Positions 41,201-56,200 of a DNA stretch of 64,000 nt are shown piece after piece. Source of the DNA: the human T2T-CHM13v2.0 reference genome, Homo sapiens; assembly GCF_009914755.1 (NCBI RefSeq), contig NC_060932.1, one strand, 5' to 3'. Every line of letters begins with the position of its first letter. The stretch's first letter is position 1. Made by a program: the position numbers and the translations under genes. The notes under the pieces are model-generated. The model was not told the DNA's origin, did not search any database, and worked only from the letters and a program-made list of their open reading frames with translations.

Positions 41201-44200
41201 GGCCGAAAAGACTCAGGGGAATGTTGAGGCAGGCAGAGGGGAGATGCATCAAGACCACAAGGAGTGCTGGGATCCTCCCAAGGAGGAACGTTCCATCGTA
41301 GAATCCCTCAAGTTTTCCCAGGTGCTCTGTAAAGCCCCAGGTTTTGGAGCAGGATGCCCATGTCTCTCTTGAAAGTCCCCCTAAAGCAAAAACAAAAACG
41401 CAGAGTGGAGTCGGCAGGTGGCAGGGACTTAGGCAGATGTTGAGAAGTACAGAGAGGAGAAGTGGTGAGATTGCAGGGAGTAATGGGAGCCGCCCAAGGA
41501 TGACTCTTTCATCTCACAAGCCCCCAGGGCTTTCCCTGGTGGTCTGTAAAGCCACAGGCTTTAAAGCAGGGTGGCTGTGTCTCTCGCGGAAGACCACGAC
41601 AAGCAAAAACGAGGCTGCAGGGTGGCGTGGACAGGCGGCAGGGACTCGGGGTCACTGAGGCAGGCAGAGGAAATAATTGGCAAGACCGCAGGGAATGCTG
41701 GCCGTCCCTCAATAAGACCTTTCCCATCCCGGAAGCCCCCCAGGGATGTCTCGGGCAGGCTGTAAAGTCCCAGACTTTGGAGCAGGGAGCCTGTGTCTCC
41801 CACGGAAGGACCACACCAGCGAAAACGGGGCGGCAGGGTTTGGTGGGCGGGCTGCAGAGACTCAGTGGGACGTTAAGGCAGGCAGAGGGTAGAAGATGCG
41901 AGACCACATGAAATGGTAGGAACCCCCCACGGAGGCCTCTCCCATCCCTGAAGCCCCCAGGGCTGTCTCAGATGGGCTGAAAAGACAGGCTTTGGAGCAG
42001 TATGCCTGCGTCTCTCACAGAAGGCCCCCATAAGTGAAAACGGGGCGCAGGGTGGCATGTGCAAGCCTGAGGAACTCAGGAGGACATTGCGACATGCAGA
42101 GGCCAGCAGCAGCGAGACCACAGGGAATGCTGGGAGCTTCCCAAGGACTTCTCTGCCATCCCAGAAGCCCCAGGGCTGTCTCGGGAGTGCTATAAAGACC
42201 CAGGATTTGGAGTAGGGTCCTGTGCCTCTCACGGAAGGCCCCACAAGCGAAAACGGGGCACAGAGAAATGTGGGGGGAGGCGCAGGGACTTGGGGGATGT
42301 TGAGGCAGATAGAGCAGAGAAGCAGCGAGACTGCAAGGAATGCTGGGAGACTCTCAAGGAGGCCTCTCCCATTCCAGAAGCCACCAGGTTTGTCTCGGGC
42401 AGGCTGTAAAGCCCCAGGCTTTGGAGCAGGGTGCCTGTGTCTCTCACAGAAATCTCCCACAAGTGAAAACGGGGCAGCAGCGAGGCATTGGCGGGCAGCA
42501 TGGACTCAGTGGGACGTTGATGCAGGCAAAGGAGAGAAGGGCTGAGACCCCAAGAAATGCTGGGAGCCTCCCAAGGAGGCCTCTCCAAACCCAGAAGCCC
42601 CAGGGTCTTCCCGGGCAGGTTGTAAAGCCTCAAGCTTTGGAGCTAGGTGCCTGTGTCTGTCGTGGAAGGCCCCCAAAGGCAAAAACAGGTCCACAGCGTG
42701 ACGTTGGTTGGCCGCAGGGACTTCAGGGGACATGGAAGCAGGCAGACAGGAGAAGCAGCGAGACCACAGGGAATGCTGGGGGACTCCCAAGGAGGCCTCT
42801 CCCATCCCAGAAGCTTTCAGGGCTGCCCCTGGTGGGCTGTAGAGCCCCAGGCTTTGGAGCTGGGTGCCTGTGTCTCTTGCGGAAGGACCCCACAAGCAAA
42901 AACGGGGCCACAGGTTGGCATGGGTGGGCTGCAGGGACTCAGGGATACATTGAGTCAGAGACTGGGGAGAAATGGTGAGACTGCAGGGAATTCTGGGAGA
43001 CTCCCAAAAAAGCCTCTCCCATCCCAGAAGCCCCCAAGGCTGTACCGGGGTGGGGGCTATAAATTTCCCGGCTTTGGAGAAGGGCTCTGGTGTCTCTCGC
43101 GGAAGGCCCCACAAGCAAAAACGGGGCTGCAGGGTGACGTGGTTGGGCAGCAGGGACTCAGTGGGATGTTGGGCAGGGAAGAGGAAAGAAGCGGCCAGAC
43201 CGCATTAAATGCTGGGTGCCTCCCAAGGATGCTTCTCCAATCCCAGAAGCCCCCAGGACTGTCCTGGTTGGGCTGTACAGGCCCAGGCTTTGGAACACAG
43301 TGCCTGTGTCTCTCCTGGAAGGCCACCACAAGCGAAAACGGGGCCGCAGAGTGGCGTGGATGGGCCGCAGAAACTCAGGAGATCATTTAGGCAGGCAGAG
43401 AAGAAAGCGGCGAGACGGCAGGGAATGCTGATAGCCTCCCAGGGAGGCAGGTCCCATTTCAGAAGAGACCAGGGCTGTCCTGGGCGTGCTGTGAAGCTCC
43501 AGGCTTTGGAGCAGGGAGGATCTGTATCTTGTGGAAGGCCCCCACAAATGAAAACAATGCCGCAGGTTGGTGTGGGCGGGCCAAAGCGTCTGGGGGGATG
43601 TTGAGGCAGGCAGAGGGGTGAAGCAGCAAGACCGCAGATAATGCTGGGAGCCTCCCAAGAAAACCGCTCCCATCCCAGAAGCCCCCAGGGCTGACCCGGG
43701 AGGGCTATAAAGCCCCAGGCTTTGAAGCAAGGTGCCTGTGTTTTTCGCGGAAGGCCGAGACAAGAGAAAACTGCCAAAGGGTGGTGTGGGCGGACAACAG
43801 AGACTCAGGGGAATGTTGAGGTAGGCAGAAGGGAAGCGGCAAAACCGCAACAAATGCTGCAAGCCTCCCATGAGGTCTCTCCCATCCCAGAAGCCCTAGG
43901 GTTGTCCTAGGCGGGCTATAAAGCACCAGGCTTTGTAGCAGGGTGCCAGTGTCTTGCAGAGGATCCCCACAAGTGAAAGTGGGGCCGCAGGGTGGCGTGG
44001 GTGGATCGTAGGCACTCAGCGGGAAGTTGAGGCAGGTGGAGGGGAGAAGTGGCGAGATCGCAGAAAATGCTGGGAGTCTTGTCGGAGGCCTCTCTCATCC
44101 CAGAAGCCACCAGGGCTGTTCTGGGTGTGCTGTAAAGTCCCAGGCTTTGGAGCAGGGTGCCACTATCTCTTGCCAATTGTCCCCACAAGCGAAAACAGGG

Positions 44201-47200
44201 CCACAGAGTAACGTGGTTAATCGGAAGAGACTCAGGGGTACGTTAAGGCAGGCAGAGAAGAGAAGCAGCAAGTCCGCAGGTAATGCTGGGAGCCTTTCAA
44301 GGAGGTGTCTCCCATCTCAGAAGCCCCCAGGGCTTTCCCAAGCAAGCTTTGGAGCAGGGTGCCGGTGTCTCTCACCGTATACCTGCAAAAGGGTAACCAG
44401 GGCCGCAGCGTGGCGTGGGCGGTCCGCAGGTACTAACAGGGATGTTGAGGCAGGCAGAGGAAAGAAGCTGCAACACAGCAGGGAATGCATGGAGCCTCCC
44501 AAGGGGGCTCTCCCATCCCAGAAGCACCGAAGGCTGTCCCGGGCGGGCTGTAAAGTCCCAGGCTTTGGAGAAGGGTGCCTGTGTCTCTGTCGGAAGGCCC
44601 TCACAAGTGAAAACGAAGCCGCAGCTTGTTGTTGTAGGGCGGCAGGGACTCAGGAGGATGTTGAGGCAGGGAAAGAGGAGAAGTGGCAAGATCACAGGGA
44701 ATGCTGGGAGCCTCCCAAGGAGGACACTCCCACCCTACAAGCCCCCAGGTCTGTCCCGGGCAGGCTGTAAAGCCCCATTCCTTGGAGTAGGCTGCCTGTG
44801 TCTCCAGCAGAAGGCCCCACAAGCAAAAACGGAGCTGCAGAATGGCATGCGCGGCCCGCAGGGACTTGGGGGGACATTGAGGCAGGGAGAGGGGAGAAGT
44901 GCAGGGAATGATGGGAGCCTCCCAAGGAGGCCTCTCCCATCCCAACCCCCCAGAGCTATATCAGGGTGGGGGACTGTAAAGCTTCAGGCTTTGGAGCAGA
45001 GTGCCTGTGTCTCTTGCGGATGGTCCCCACAAGTGAAAACGGGGCTGAAGGGCTGCATGGGCGGGCGGCAGAGACTCAGGGGGACATTGAGGCAGGCAGA
45101 AAGGAGAAGCGCCAAGACCGCAGGGAATGCTGGGAGACTCCCAAATATGTCTCTCGTCCCAGAAGCCCCGAGCTTTGTCCTGGGCAGGCTACAAGCCCCA
45201 GGCTTTGGAGCAGGATGCCTGTGTCTGTCGCGAAAGGCCCTCACAAGTGAAAACGAGACTGCAGGGTGGCGTGGGCGGGCCGCAGGGACTCGGTGACGTT
45301 GAGGCAGGCAGAGAAAAGAAGCGGGAAGAATGCAGGGAATGCTGGCAGCTTCTCGAAAACGCCTTTCCCATCCCAGAAGTCACCAGGTCTGTATCGGGTG
45401 GGCTGTAATGCAGCAGCCTCTTTAGCAGGGTTCCTGTGTCTCTTGCGGAAGGCCCCAACCAGGGAAAATCGGGCCGCAGGGTGGGGTGGGCTGGCCGCAG
45501 AGACTCAAGGGGACGTTGAGGCAGGCAGATGGGTGAAGAGGTAGACCACAGCGAATGCTGGGAACCTCCCCCAAAAACTCTTCTATCCGAAAATTCCCCA
45601 GGGCTGTCCCGGGTGAGCTATAAAGCCCCAGGATTTGAAGCAGAGTGCCTGATTCTCTCGAGGAAGGTCCCCCAAAGCAAAAACCGGACCACAGGGTGGC
45701 ATGGGTTGCAGCAAGGGCTCAGATGGACATTTAGGCAGGCAGAGGCTAGCAGTTGAGAGACCGAAGGGATTGTTGGAAGCCTCGCAAGGAGGCCTCTCCC
45801 ATCCCAGAAGCCCCCAGGGCTGTCCCGTCGTGCTGTTAAACCTTATATTTGCAGCAGGGTGCCTGTATCTCTCGTGGAAGGCCCCCACAAGCAAAAATGG
45901 GGCCAGAGAGTAGCGTAGGTGGGCCTCAGGGACTCAGGAGGACAATGAGGCAGACAGAAGAGAGACTTGGCAAGACCACGGGGAATTCTGGGAGCCTCCC
46001 AAGGAGGCCTCTCCCAACACAGAAGTCCCCATGGCCTTCCCAGGTGGATTGTAAAGCCTCAGGCTTTGAAGCTAGATGCGTGTGTCTCTCAAGGAAGGCC
46101 GCCACAAGCTGAAACGGGGCTGCAAGTTGGCGGTGGCTGGCCGCAGGGACTCAGGGAGACCTTGAGATAGGCAAAGAGGAGAAAAGGCAGCACTGCAGGG
46201 AATGCTGGGAGCCTCCCAGGGAGGACTCCCTATCCCAGAAGCTTCCAGATCTGCCCCGGGCAGGCTGTAAAGCCCCAGGATTTGGAGTAGGGTGACTGTG
46301 TCTCTCACAAAGGTCTTCACAAGCAAAAACAAAGCTGCAGGTTGGCGTGGCTGGGCTGCAGGGACTCAGGGGGATGTTGAGGCAGGGAAAGTGGAGAAGC
46401 GGCGAGACCACAGGGAATGCTGGGAACCTCCCAAAAAGGCCTCTCCCATCCCAGGAGTCTTCAGGGCTGTCCTGGGTGGGCTGTAAAGAACCGGGCTTTG
46501 TAGCAGGGTGCCTGTGTCTCTCTCAAAAAGCCCCAACAAACGGAAATGGGGCCGCAGAGTGGCGTGGTTGGTCAGGAAGGACTCAGTGGGACGTTGACAA
46601 GGAAGAGGGGAGAAGCAACAAGACAGCAGTGGTGGGAGCCTCGCAAAAAGGCCTCTACCATTTCAGATGCCCCCAGAGCTGTCCTGGACGGACTGCAATG
46701 CCCCAGATTTTGAAGCAGGGTGCCTGTGTCTCTTGTGGAAAGCCCCCACAAGAGGAAACGGGGCCACAGAGTGGCATGGTTGGACAGGAGGGACTGAGGG
46801 ACGTTGACACAGGAAGAGGGGAGAAGCGGCGAGACCGCAGGGAATGCTGGGAATCTCAAGAATGACTCTTCCTTCTCAGAAGCCCCCAGGGCTGTCCAGG
46901 GGAAGCTGTAAATTCCCAGGCTTTAGAACAGGGTGCCAATGTCTCTCGTGGAAGGCCCCCACAAGCGAAAACGAAGCCCCAGGGTGGCATGGGTGGCCCA
47001 CAGGAACTCAGGGGAACGTTGAGGCAGGGAGAGAGGAGAAGCGGTGAGACCACAGGGAATGCTGGGAGCCTCCCAAGGATGATTCTTTCACCCCTGAAGC
47101 CCCCAGAACTGTCCCTGGCAGGCTGTAAAGCACTGGGCTTTAAAGCAGGGTGCCTGTGTCTCGCGGAAAGCCCCAACAAGTGAATTCAGGACTGCAGTGT

Positions 47201-50200
47201 TGCGTGGGCAAGCGGCAGGGACTCAGGGGGACATTGAGGCAGGCAGAGGAGAGAAGCACCGAGACCACAGTGAATGCTGGGAGATTCCCAAAACTGCCTC
47301 TCCTGTCCCAGAAGCCTGCAGGGCTTTCCTGGACAGGCTGTTAAAGACCCAGGCTTTGGAGCAGCATGCCTGTGTCTCTCACGTAAGGCCTCCACAAGTG
47401 TAAACGGGGCCGTAGGTTGTCGAAGGCGGACAGCAGGAACTCGGGGGGACGTTAACACAGGCAGAAGAGAGAAGCAGCGAGATCACAGGGAATGCTGGGA
47501 GCCTCACAAGGAGGCCTCTCCCATCCCAGAAGCAACCAGAGCTTTCCCAGGCAGGCCGTAAAACCTCAACTTTGGAGCAGGGTGCCTGTGACTCTCGCGG
47601 AAGGCCCCCACAAGCCAAAACAGGGCCGCAGGGTGGCCTAGGCCGGACGCAACTTCAGGAGGACATTGAGGCAGGCAGAGAATTGAAGTGACGAGACTGC
47701 AGGGAATGCTGGGAGCTCCGAAATAGGCCTCTCTCATCCTTGAAGCCCCCAGGACTCTGTTGGACGGGCTGTAAAGCCACAGCCTTTGTAGCAGGTTGCC
47801 AGTGTCTCCCTGGGAAGACCCCCACAAGCAAAAATGGGTCCATAAGTTGGTGTGGTTGGGTGGCACGGACTCAGGGGTACGTTGAGGCAGGCAAAGGGGA
47901 AAAGTGGCGAGACGGCAGGGTATGCTTGTAGACTCCCAAAGACGCCCCTCCCATCCCAGAAGCATCACTTTCCCGGGAGGGATGTAAAGCTTTGGGCTTT
48001 GGGGAAGGGTGCCTTTGTCTCTCACGGAAAAACCCCATAAGCAAAACGGTCGGGCCATGGAGACTCAGGAGGCCGTTGACTCAGGCAGAGGGAAAAAGCA
48101 GCGAGAACGCAGGGAATTCTGCAAGCCTTCAAAGAAGCCCTCTCATCCCAGAAGCCGGCAGGGCTCTCCCAAAGGAACTGTAAAGCCTCAGGCTTTGGAG
48201 TAGGGTGCCTGTGTCTCTTGGGGAAGGTGCCCACAAGCAAAAACTGGCCGCAGGGTGGCGTCGGTGGAACGAAAAGACTCAAGAGGACATAGAGGCAGGC
48301 AGAGGGGAGAAACGGCGAGACCTCAGGGAATGCTGCAAACCTCCCATGAAAGCCCACCCCTCCCAGAACGCCTAGGGCTGTCCAGGATGGGATGTAAAGC
48401 CCTAACCTTTGGAGCAGGGTGCCTGTGTCTCTCGCGGAAGACCCCCACAAGCGAAAACAGGGCCACAGGGTGGCCTGGGTGGGCCACAGATACTCAGGGG
48501 GAAGTTGAGACAGGTGAAGGGGAGAATCTGAGAGATCGCAGAGAAGGCTGGGAACCTCCAAGGATGCCTCTCCCATCCCAGAAGCACCCAGGGCTTTCCC
48601 AGTCAGGCTGTAAAACCCCAACTTTGGAGCAGGGTGCCTGTGTATCTCACAGAAGGGCCCCACAAGTGAAAATCAGGCCACAGTGTGGCATAGGTGGGTG
48701 GCAGGGACTCAAGGGGACGCAGAGGCCGACAGAGGGGAGAAGCAGCGAGACTGCAGGGAATGCTAGGAGCCTCCAATAGAGAACTCCCATCTTAAAACCC
48801 CTCAGGGCTGTCCTGGGCGGGCTCTAAAACCTGTCCTTGGAGCAGGGTGCCTGTGTCTCTCGCAGAAGGCCCCTTCAAGCCTAAACAAGGACGCAGGATG
48901 GAGTGGGCGGGTGGCAGGGACTCAAGAAGATGTTGAGGCTGACAGAGGGTTGAAGCGGTGAGACCACAGGGAATGCTGGGAGCCTCCCAAATAAACCTCT
49001 CCTATAACAAAAGCCCCCAGGGCTGTCCCGGGCTGGCTGTAAAGCCCCAGGCTTTGGAGCAGGGTGCTTGTTTCCCTCGCAGAAAACTCCCACAGGCAAA
49101 AATGGGACAAAAGATTGGCCTGGGCGGGCCGCAATGACTCAGGTTCAGGTTGAGGTGGGCAGAGGGGGATAGCAGCGAGACCACAAGGAATGCTGGGAGC
49201 CTCCCAAGGAAGTCTGTCCCATCCTAGAAGCTTTCAGGGTTATCCCAGGCGAGCTGTAAAGCCCGAGGCTTTGGAGCAGGATGTCAGTGTCTCTCGCGGA
49301 AGTCCACTGCAAGTGAAAGTGGAGATGCAGAGTGGAGTGGGAGGGCAGCAGGGACTTAGGGGGACATTGAGGCAGGCAGAGGAGAGAAGTGGTGAGACCA
49401 CAGAGAATGCTGGGAGCCTACGAAGGAGGCCTCTCCCATCCAGGTAGCCCCCAGGGCTGTCCCAAGCGGTCTGTAAAGCCCCAGGCTTTGGAGCAGGGTA
49501 GCTGTGTCTCTTGTGGAAGGCCCCCACAAGTGAAAAACGGGGCCTCAGGGACTCAGGGGGATGTTCAGACAGGCAGAGGGGAGAAGCGGTGAGATAGCAG
49601 AGAATTGATGGAAGCCTCCCAAGGATGACTCAGTCATCCCAGAAGCCACCAGGGCTTTCCCGGACAAGCTGTAAAGCCCCAGGCTTTAAAGCAGGGTGCC
49701 TGTGTCTCTCGCAGAAGGCCCCGACAAGCGAAAACAAGGCAGCAGGTTGTCGTGGGAGGGCCGCAGGGACTCATGGGGACTTTGAGGAAGGCAGAGGAAA
49801 GAAGCAGAGAGACCGCAGGGAATGCTGGATGTCTCTCAAAAAGGCCTCTCCCATCTTAGAAGCCCCCAGAGCTGTCCCGAACGGGCTATAAAGCCCCAGC
49901 CTTTGATGCAGGGTGCTTGTGTCTCTCACAGAAGGCTTCCAGAAGCGAAAACAGGGCCACAGGGTATCGGGGGCAGGCCGCAAGGACTCTGTGGGACCTT
50001 GAGGCATGAATATGGGAGAACAAGCGAGACCACACTGAATGTTGGGAGCCTGCCAAGGAGGGCTTTTCCATCCCAGAAGCTTCCAGGACTGCCCATGGCT
50101 TTGGAGCAGGGTTACTGTGTCTCTCATGGAAGGCCCATACAAGCAAAAACACAGCCCCATGGTGGCAGAGATGGGCTGCAGGGACTCAGCAGGACGTTGA

Positions 50201-53200
50201 GGCAGTCAGAGGAGAGAAGCGGCGAGACCGCAGGGAATGCTGGCAGCCTCTCAAAAAGACGTCGCCCATCTGAGAAGCCCCCAAGGCTGTACCGGGAAGG
50301 CTGTAAAACCCCAGGCTCTGGAGCAGGGTGCCTATGTCTCTCTCGGAAGACCACCACAAGCGAAAACGGAGCAGTAGGGTGGTGTGGGTGGGCCGCAGGG
50401 ACTCAGAAGGTCTTTGAGGCAGGCAGAGGAAAAACTGGCCAGGTCACAGAAAATGCTGGGAGCCTCCTAAGGAGGCCTCACCCATTGCAGAAGCCCCCAG
50501 GGCTGTCTGGGGCGGGCTGTAAAGCCGCAGACTTTGGAGCAGGGTGCGTGTGTCTCTTGCGGAAGGCCCCCACAAGCAAAAACAAGGCTGCAGTGTGGAG
50601 TGGGTGGGTCACAGGGCCTCAAGTGGACGCTGAGGCAGGCAGAGGGTTGAAGTGGCGAGACCGCAAGGAATGTTGGGAGCCTCCCAAGGAGGCCTCTCCC
50701 ATTCCAGAAGCCTCCAGGGCTGCCCCAGGCGGGTTGTAAAGCCCCCAGGCTTTCAAGGAGGGTGCCTGTGTCTCTCACAGAAGGCCACCAAAAGCGAAAA
50801 CAGGGACTCAGGATGGCTTGGGTGGGCTACAGTGACTCAGGGGGATGTTGAGCCAGTCAGAGGGGAGAAGAGGCAAGACCACAGGGAATGCTGGGAGCCT
50901 CCCAAGGATGACTCTCCCATCCCAGAAGCCCGCAGGGCTGTTCCAGGCTATTTGTAAAGTCCCAGACTTTGGAGCAGGGTGCCTGTGTCTGTTTCGGAAG
51001 GTTCTCACAAGTGAAAACGGTGCCACAGCGTGGTGTGGTCGGGCCGCAGGAACTCAGGGGGAAGTTGAGGGCAGCAAAGGGGAGAAGCGGTGCGATGGCA
51101 GGGAATGCTGAGAACCTCAAAAAGAGGCCTTTCTTATCTCAGAAGCCCCCAGGGCTGTCCCCGAGGCCTGTAAAGCACCCAGGCTTTGGATCAGGGAACC
51201 TATGTCTCTCGCGGAAAACCTCCACAAGTGAAAACGGGGCCACAGGGTGGTATGTGCTGGTGGCAGGGACAAAGAGGGAAGTTAAGGCAGGCAGAGGGGA
51301 GAAGGGGCGAGATGGCAGAAAATATTGAGAGCCTCCGATGGAGGCCTCTCCCATCCCAGAAGCCCCCAGGGCTGTCCCAAGTGGACTGTAAAGCCCACTT
51401 TGGAGCGGGGTGCCTGTGTCTCTCGTGGAAGGCCCCCACAAGTGAAAATGGGGCCGCAGAATGGCGTGGGAGGGCTGCAGGGACTCAGAGGGACGTTGAA
51501 GCAGGTAGAGTGGAGAAGCGGCCAGACCGCAGGGAATGCTGGGAGCTTTTCAAGCCGTCCTCTCCCATCCCAGAAGCCCCCAGGGCTGTCTCAGGTGGGC
51601 TGTGAAGCCCCCGGCTTTGGATCATGGTGCCTGTGACTCTCTCGGAAGACCCCCACACGCAAAAACGGGGCCGCAGGGTGGCATGGACAGACGGCAGGGA
51701 CTCAGGAGGAAGTTGAGACAGGCAGAGGGGAGAAGCAACGAGATTGCAGAGAATAATGGTAGCCTCCCAAGGACGACTCTCCCATCCCAGGGCCACCAGA
51801 GCTTTCCTCAGGCAGGCTGTAAAGCCCCAGGCTTTAAAGCAGGGTGCCTGTATCTCTCGCGGAAGGCCCCCACAAGCGAAAATGAGACTGCAGTGTGGCG
51901 TGGAGGGGCTCAGGGACTCAGGTGGACTTGAGGCAGGCAGAGGAAAGAAGCGGCCAGACCGCAAGGAATGCTGGCTGTCACTCAAAAAGTCCTCTTTCAT
52001 CACCAAAGTCCCCAGGGCTGTCCCGGGGGATTGTAAATCCTCAGGCTTTGGAGCAATTTTGGCTATGTCTCTTGAGGAAGGCCCCCACAAGCGAAAATGA
52101 GGCCACAGTGTGGCGTGCCTCGGTGGCACAAACTCAGGGGGACGTTGAGGCAGGTAGAGGGAAGAAGCATTGAGACTACAGGTAAGGCTGGGAGCCTCCC
52201 ATGACTGTTTGTCCCATCACAGAAGCCCCCAGGGCTCTCCCGTGAGGGCTGTAAAACCAGAAGCTTTGGAACAGATTGCCTGTGTCTCTCGCCGTTGTCC
52301 CACACAAGCTAAAACGGGGCCGCAGGGTGGCATGGGCAGTCAGCAGGGACTCAGGGAGACCTTGAGTGAGGCAGAGGGTAGAAGTGACAAGACTACAGGG
52401 AATGCTGAGAGCCTCCTATGAAGGCCTCTCTTATCACAGAAGCTTCTAGGGCTGTCCTGGGCGGGTTATAGAATTCCAGACTTTGGTGAAGGGTGCCTGT
52501 GTCCCTGTGGAAGGCTCCCACAAGCAAAATGAGGGCCATAGGTTTTCATTCTTGGGCAGCAAGGACTCAGGGGAATGTTGAAGCTGGCAGAGGGGAGAAG
52601 CAGCGAGATCGCATAGAATGCTGGGAGACTTTCAAGGAGGCCTCTCTTATCCCAGAAGCCCTCAGGGCTTTCCTGGGCAGGCTGCATGCTACCCAGGCTT
52701 TGAAGCAGGGTGCCTGTATCTCTCATGGAATGCCCCCAGAAGCAAAAACGGGGCCGCAGGCTGGCGTGGGCGGGCCAAAGGGACGCAGGGGGATGTTGAG
52801 GCAGGCAGAGGGGAGAAACAGCAAGACCGCAGGAAATGCTCATCGCAACGTGGCCTCTCCCATCCCAGAAGTCCCCAGGGCTATCCGGGGTGGGCTGTAA
52901 AGCTTCAGGCTTTACAGCAGGGTGACTGTGTTGGTCACGGAAGTCCCCCTCGTGCAAAATTGGGGCTGCAGGGTGGTGTGGGCTGGCTGCAGGTACACAG
53001 GGGGATGTTCAGGCCTGCAGAAGGGCGAAGCAGCGAGACCGCGGAGAATGCTGGGATACTGCCAAGGAGGCCTCTACCATCCAAGAAGCCCGCAGGGATG
53101 TCCCGAACTGGTTGTAAAGCCCCAGGCTTTTGAGCCAACTGCCTGTGTCTCTAGCGCAAGGTTCCCACAAGCGAAAATGGGGCCGCAGGGTGGAGTAGGT

Positions 53201-56200
53201 GGGCCGCAGGGACTCAGTGGGACATTGAGGGTGGCAGAGGTGAGAAGCGGCGAGACCACATGGAATGCTGGGAACCTCAGAAGGAGGCCTCTCCCATATC
53301 AGAAGCCCCCAGTCCTGGGTGGGGTGTAAAGCCCTAGGCTTTGGAGCAGAGAGCCTATGTCTCTCGTGGAAGGCCCCCCCATGAAAAAGCTTGGCCACAG
53401 GGTGGCGAGGGCAGGGGGCAGGGACCAAGGTGGATGTTGAGGCAGGCAGAAGAAAGAAGCGCTGAGAATGCCAGAAATGCTGGGAGCCTCCCAAGGAGGC
53501 TTCTCTTATCCCAGAAGTTCCCAGGGCTGTCCCGAGCAGGCTGTAAAGTCCCAGGCTTTGAAGCAACGTGCCTGTGTCTCTCGCTTAAGGCCCTCACAAG
53601 AGAAGACGGGGCCGTAGGATGACGTGGGCGAGTGACAGGGAATCAGGGGCTGGCAGGTGGGAGCCCCAAGCTTTGGAGCAGGATGCCTGTATCTCTCATG
53701 GAAGGCCCCCAGGGTTGAGACCCCTTGAGGCTGGTAGATGGGAGAAGCGGCAAAACCGCAGAAAATGCTGGGAGCCTTTTAAGGAGGTCTCTCCCATGCC
53801 ATAAACTTCCAGGGCCGCCCCGGGCGGGCGTTAAAGCCCCAGGCTTTGGAGCAAGAAGTGTGAGTCTCTCGAATAAGGCCCCCACAAGCGAAAACGGGGC
53901 TGCAGAGTTTTGAGGGCTGGCCTCAGGGACTCATGGGTCGTTTAGGCAGGCAGAGAGGAGCAGCGGCGAGACCACGGGGAATGCTGGGAGCCTCCCAGAG
54001 AAATCTCTCCCATCCCAGAAGCCTCCAGGACTGTACCAGCGGGCTGTAAAGCCCCAGGCTTTGGAGCACTGTGCTTGTGTCTCTCTCAGAAGGCCCCCAC
54101 AAGCAAATATGGGACCGCAGGTTGGCGTGGGTGGGCTGCAAGGACTCAGGGGTAAGTTGAGACAGGCAATGGGGAAAAGCATTGAGACTGCAGGGAATGC
54201 TGGAAGCCTCCCAAAACAGCCTCTGTCGTCCCAGAAGCCCCCAAGCCTGTCAAGGGCGGTCTATAATGCCCCAGGCTTTGGAGCATGTTTCCAGTGTCTC
54301 TTGCGGAAGGCCCCCACAAGCGAAAACAGGGCCACTGTGTGGCGTTGGTGGGCTGCAGGGACTCTGGGGGACTTTGAGGCAGGTAGAGGGGAGAAGCGGC
54401 CAGACCGCAGGAAATGCTGGTCACCTCTCAAGAAGGCCACTACCATGATAGAATCACCCAGGGCTGTCCTGGGTGGGCTGTAAATCCCCAGGCTTTGGAG
54501 AAGGGTGCCTGTGTCTTTTTCAAAAGGCCCTAGCAAAAGAATACGTGGATGCAGTGTGGGGTGTCTGGGTGGCAGGGACTCAGGGGGACGTTGAGACAGG
54601 CAGAGGGGACAAGTGGCGAGACCACAGAAATTGCTGGGATCATCCCACGGAGGGCTCTCTCATCCCAGAAGCCCCCAGGTCTGTCCTGGGCAGGCCGTTA
54701 AGCCCAGGTCTTGGAGCAAGGAGCCTGTGTCTGTCACAGAAGGCCACCATAAGCAAAAATGTGTCCGCAGGGTGGCGCAGGCCGGCCGCAGGCACTCACA
54801 GGGAAGTTGAGGCAGGTGGAGGAAAGGAGTGGCAAGACCGCAGTGAATGCTGTGAGCTTCCTAGGAGGAATCTCCTATCCCAGAAGACCCTAAGCCGCTT
54901 CCAGGCGGGCGGTAAACCTCAAGCCTTTGGAGCAGAGTGCCTCTGTCTCTCACAGAAGATCACCACAAGTGACAATGGGGCTGCAAGGTGGCATGGGCAA
55001 GCGGAAACGAATCAGAGGGATGTTTAGGCAGGCAGAGGGGAGAAGTGGCGGGACCGCAGGGAATTCTGGGAGCCTCCGAAGTAGACCTCTCCCATTTCAG
55101 AAGCCCCCAGGGCTCTACCAGTCGGGCTGTAAAGCTGAGGCTTTGGAGCAAGTTTACTACATCTCTCGAGGAAGGCTCCCACAAGAGAAAACAGGGCTGC
55201 AGAGTGGCGTCAGGGCCATAGAGTGGTGTTGTCTGGCCGCAGGCACTCAGGGGGACGGCAAGGCAGGCAGAGGGGAGAAACGGCGAGGCTGCAGGGAATG
55301 CTGAGAGTCTCCCAAGGAGGTCGTTTCCATCCCAGAAGCCCCCAGAGCTGTCCCATGCAGGCAATAAAGTTTCAGGTTTTTTAGCAGGGTGCCCGAGTCT
55401 CTCGCAGAAGGCCCCCCATAAGCAATAATGAGGCCACAGGGTGGCGTGGTTTCGTGACAGGAACTCAGGGGGAAATTGAGGCAGGCAGACAGGAGAAGTG
55501 GTGAGATGAAAGGGAATCCTGGGGACTCCCAAGGAAACCTCTCCCATCACAGAAGACCTCAGGGCTTTCCTGGGAGGGCTATAAAGCCCTAGAATTAAAG
55601 CAGGGTGCCTGTGTCTCTCACGAAAGGCCCCCACAAGTGAAAACGGAGCCATAGGTTGATGTGAGTGGTCCGCAGGTACTCAAGGGGATGTTGAGGCAGG
55701 CTGATTGGAGAATCGGCGAGACCACAGGGCGAGCTGGGAGCCTCCCAAGGAGGCCTCTCCCATTTCAGAAGTCCAAGGCTTCAGAGTAGGGTGCCTGTGT
55801 CTCCCGTGGAAGGCCCCCACCAGCGAAAATGGGAATGCAGGGAGGAGTGGGAGGGCAGTGGAGACTCAGGGGGACATATAGTCAGGCAGAGGTTAGAAAC
55901 GGGAGACAGCAAGAAATGCTGGGAGCCTCCCAAAGAGAATTCTCGCATCCCAGAAGCCCCCAGGGCTGTTAAACTCCAGGCTTTGGAGCAGAGTGCATGT
56001 GTTCTCCTGGAAAACCCCCACAAGCTAAAACAGGGCCACAGGGTCACGAGGTTGGGCCGCAGGGACTCAGAGGGACATTGAGGCAGGCAAAGGGGAGAAG
56101 CAGCAAGTCCACAGAAAGTGCTGGGAGCCTTGCAAGAAGGTCTCTCTCATCCTAGAAGCCCCCAGGCCTTTCTCAGGCGGGCTGTAAAGCCCCAGGCTTT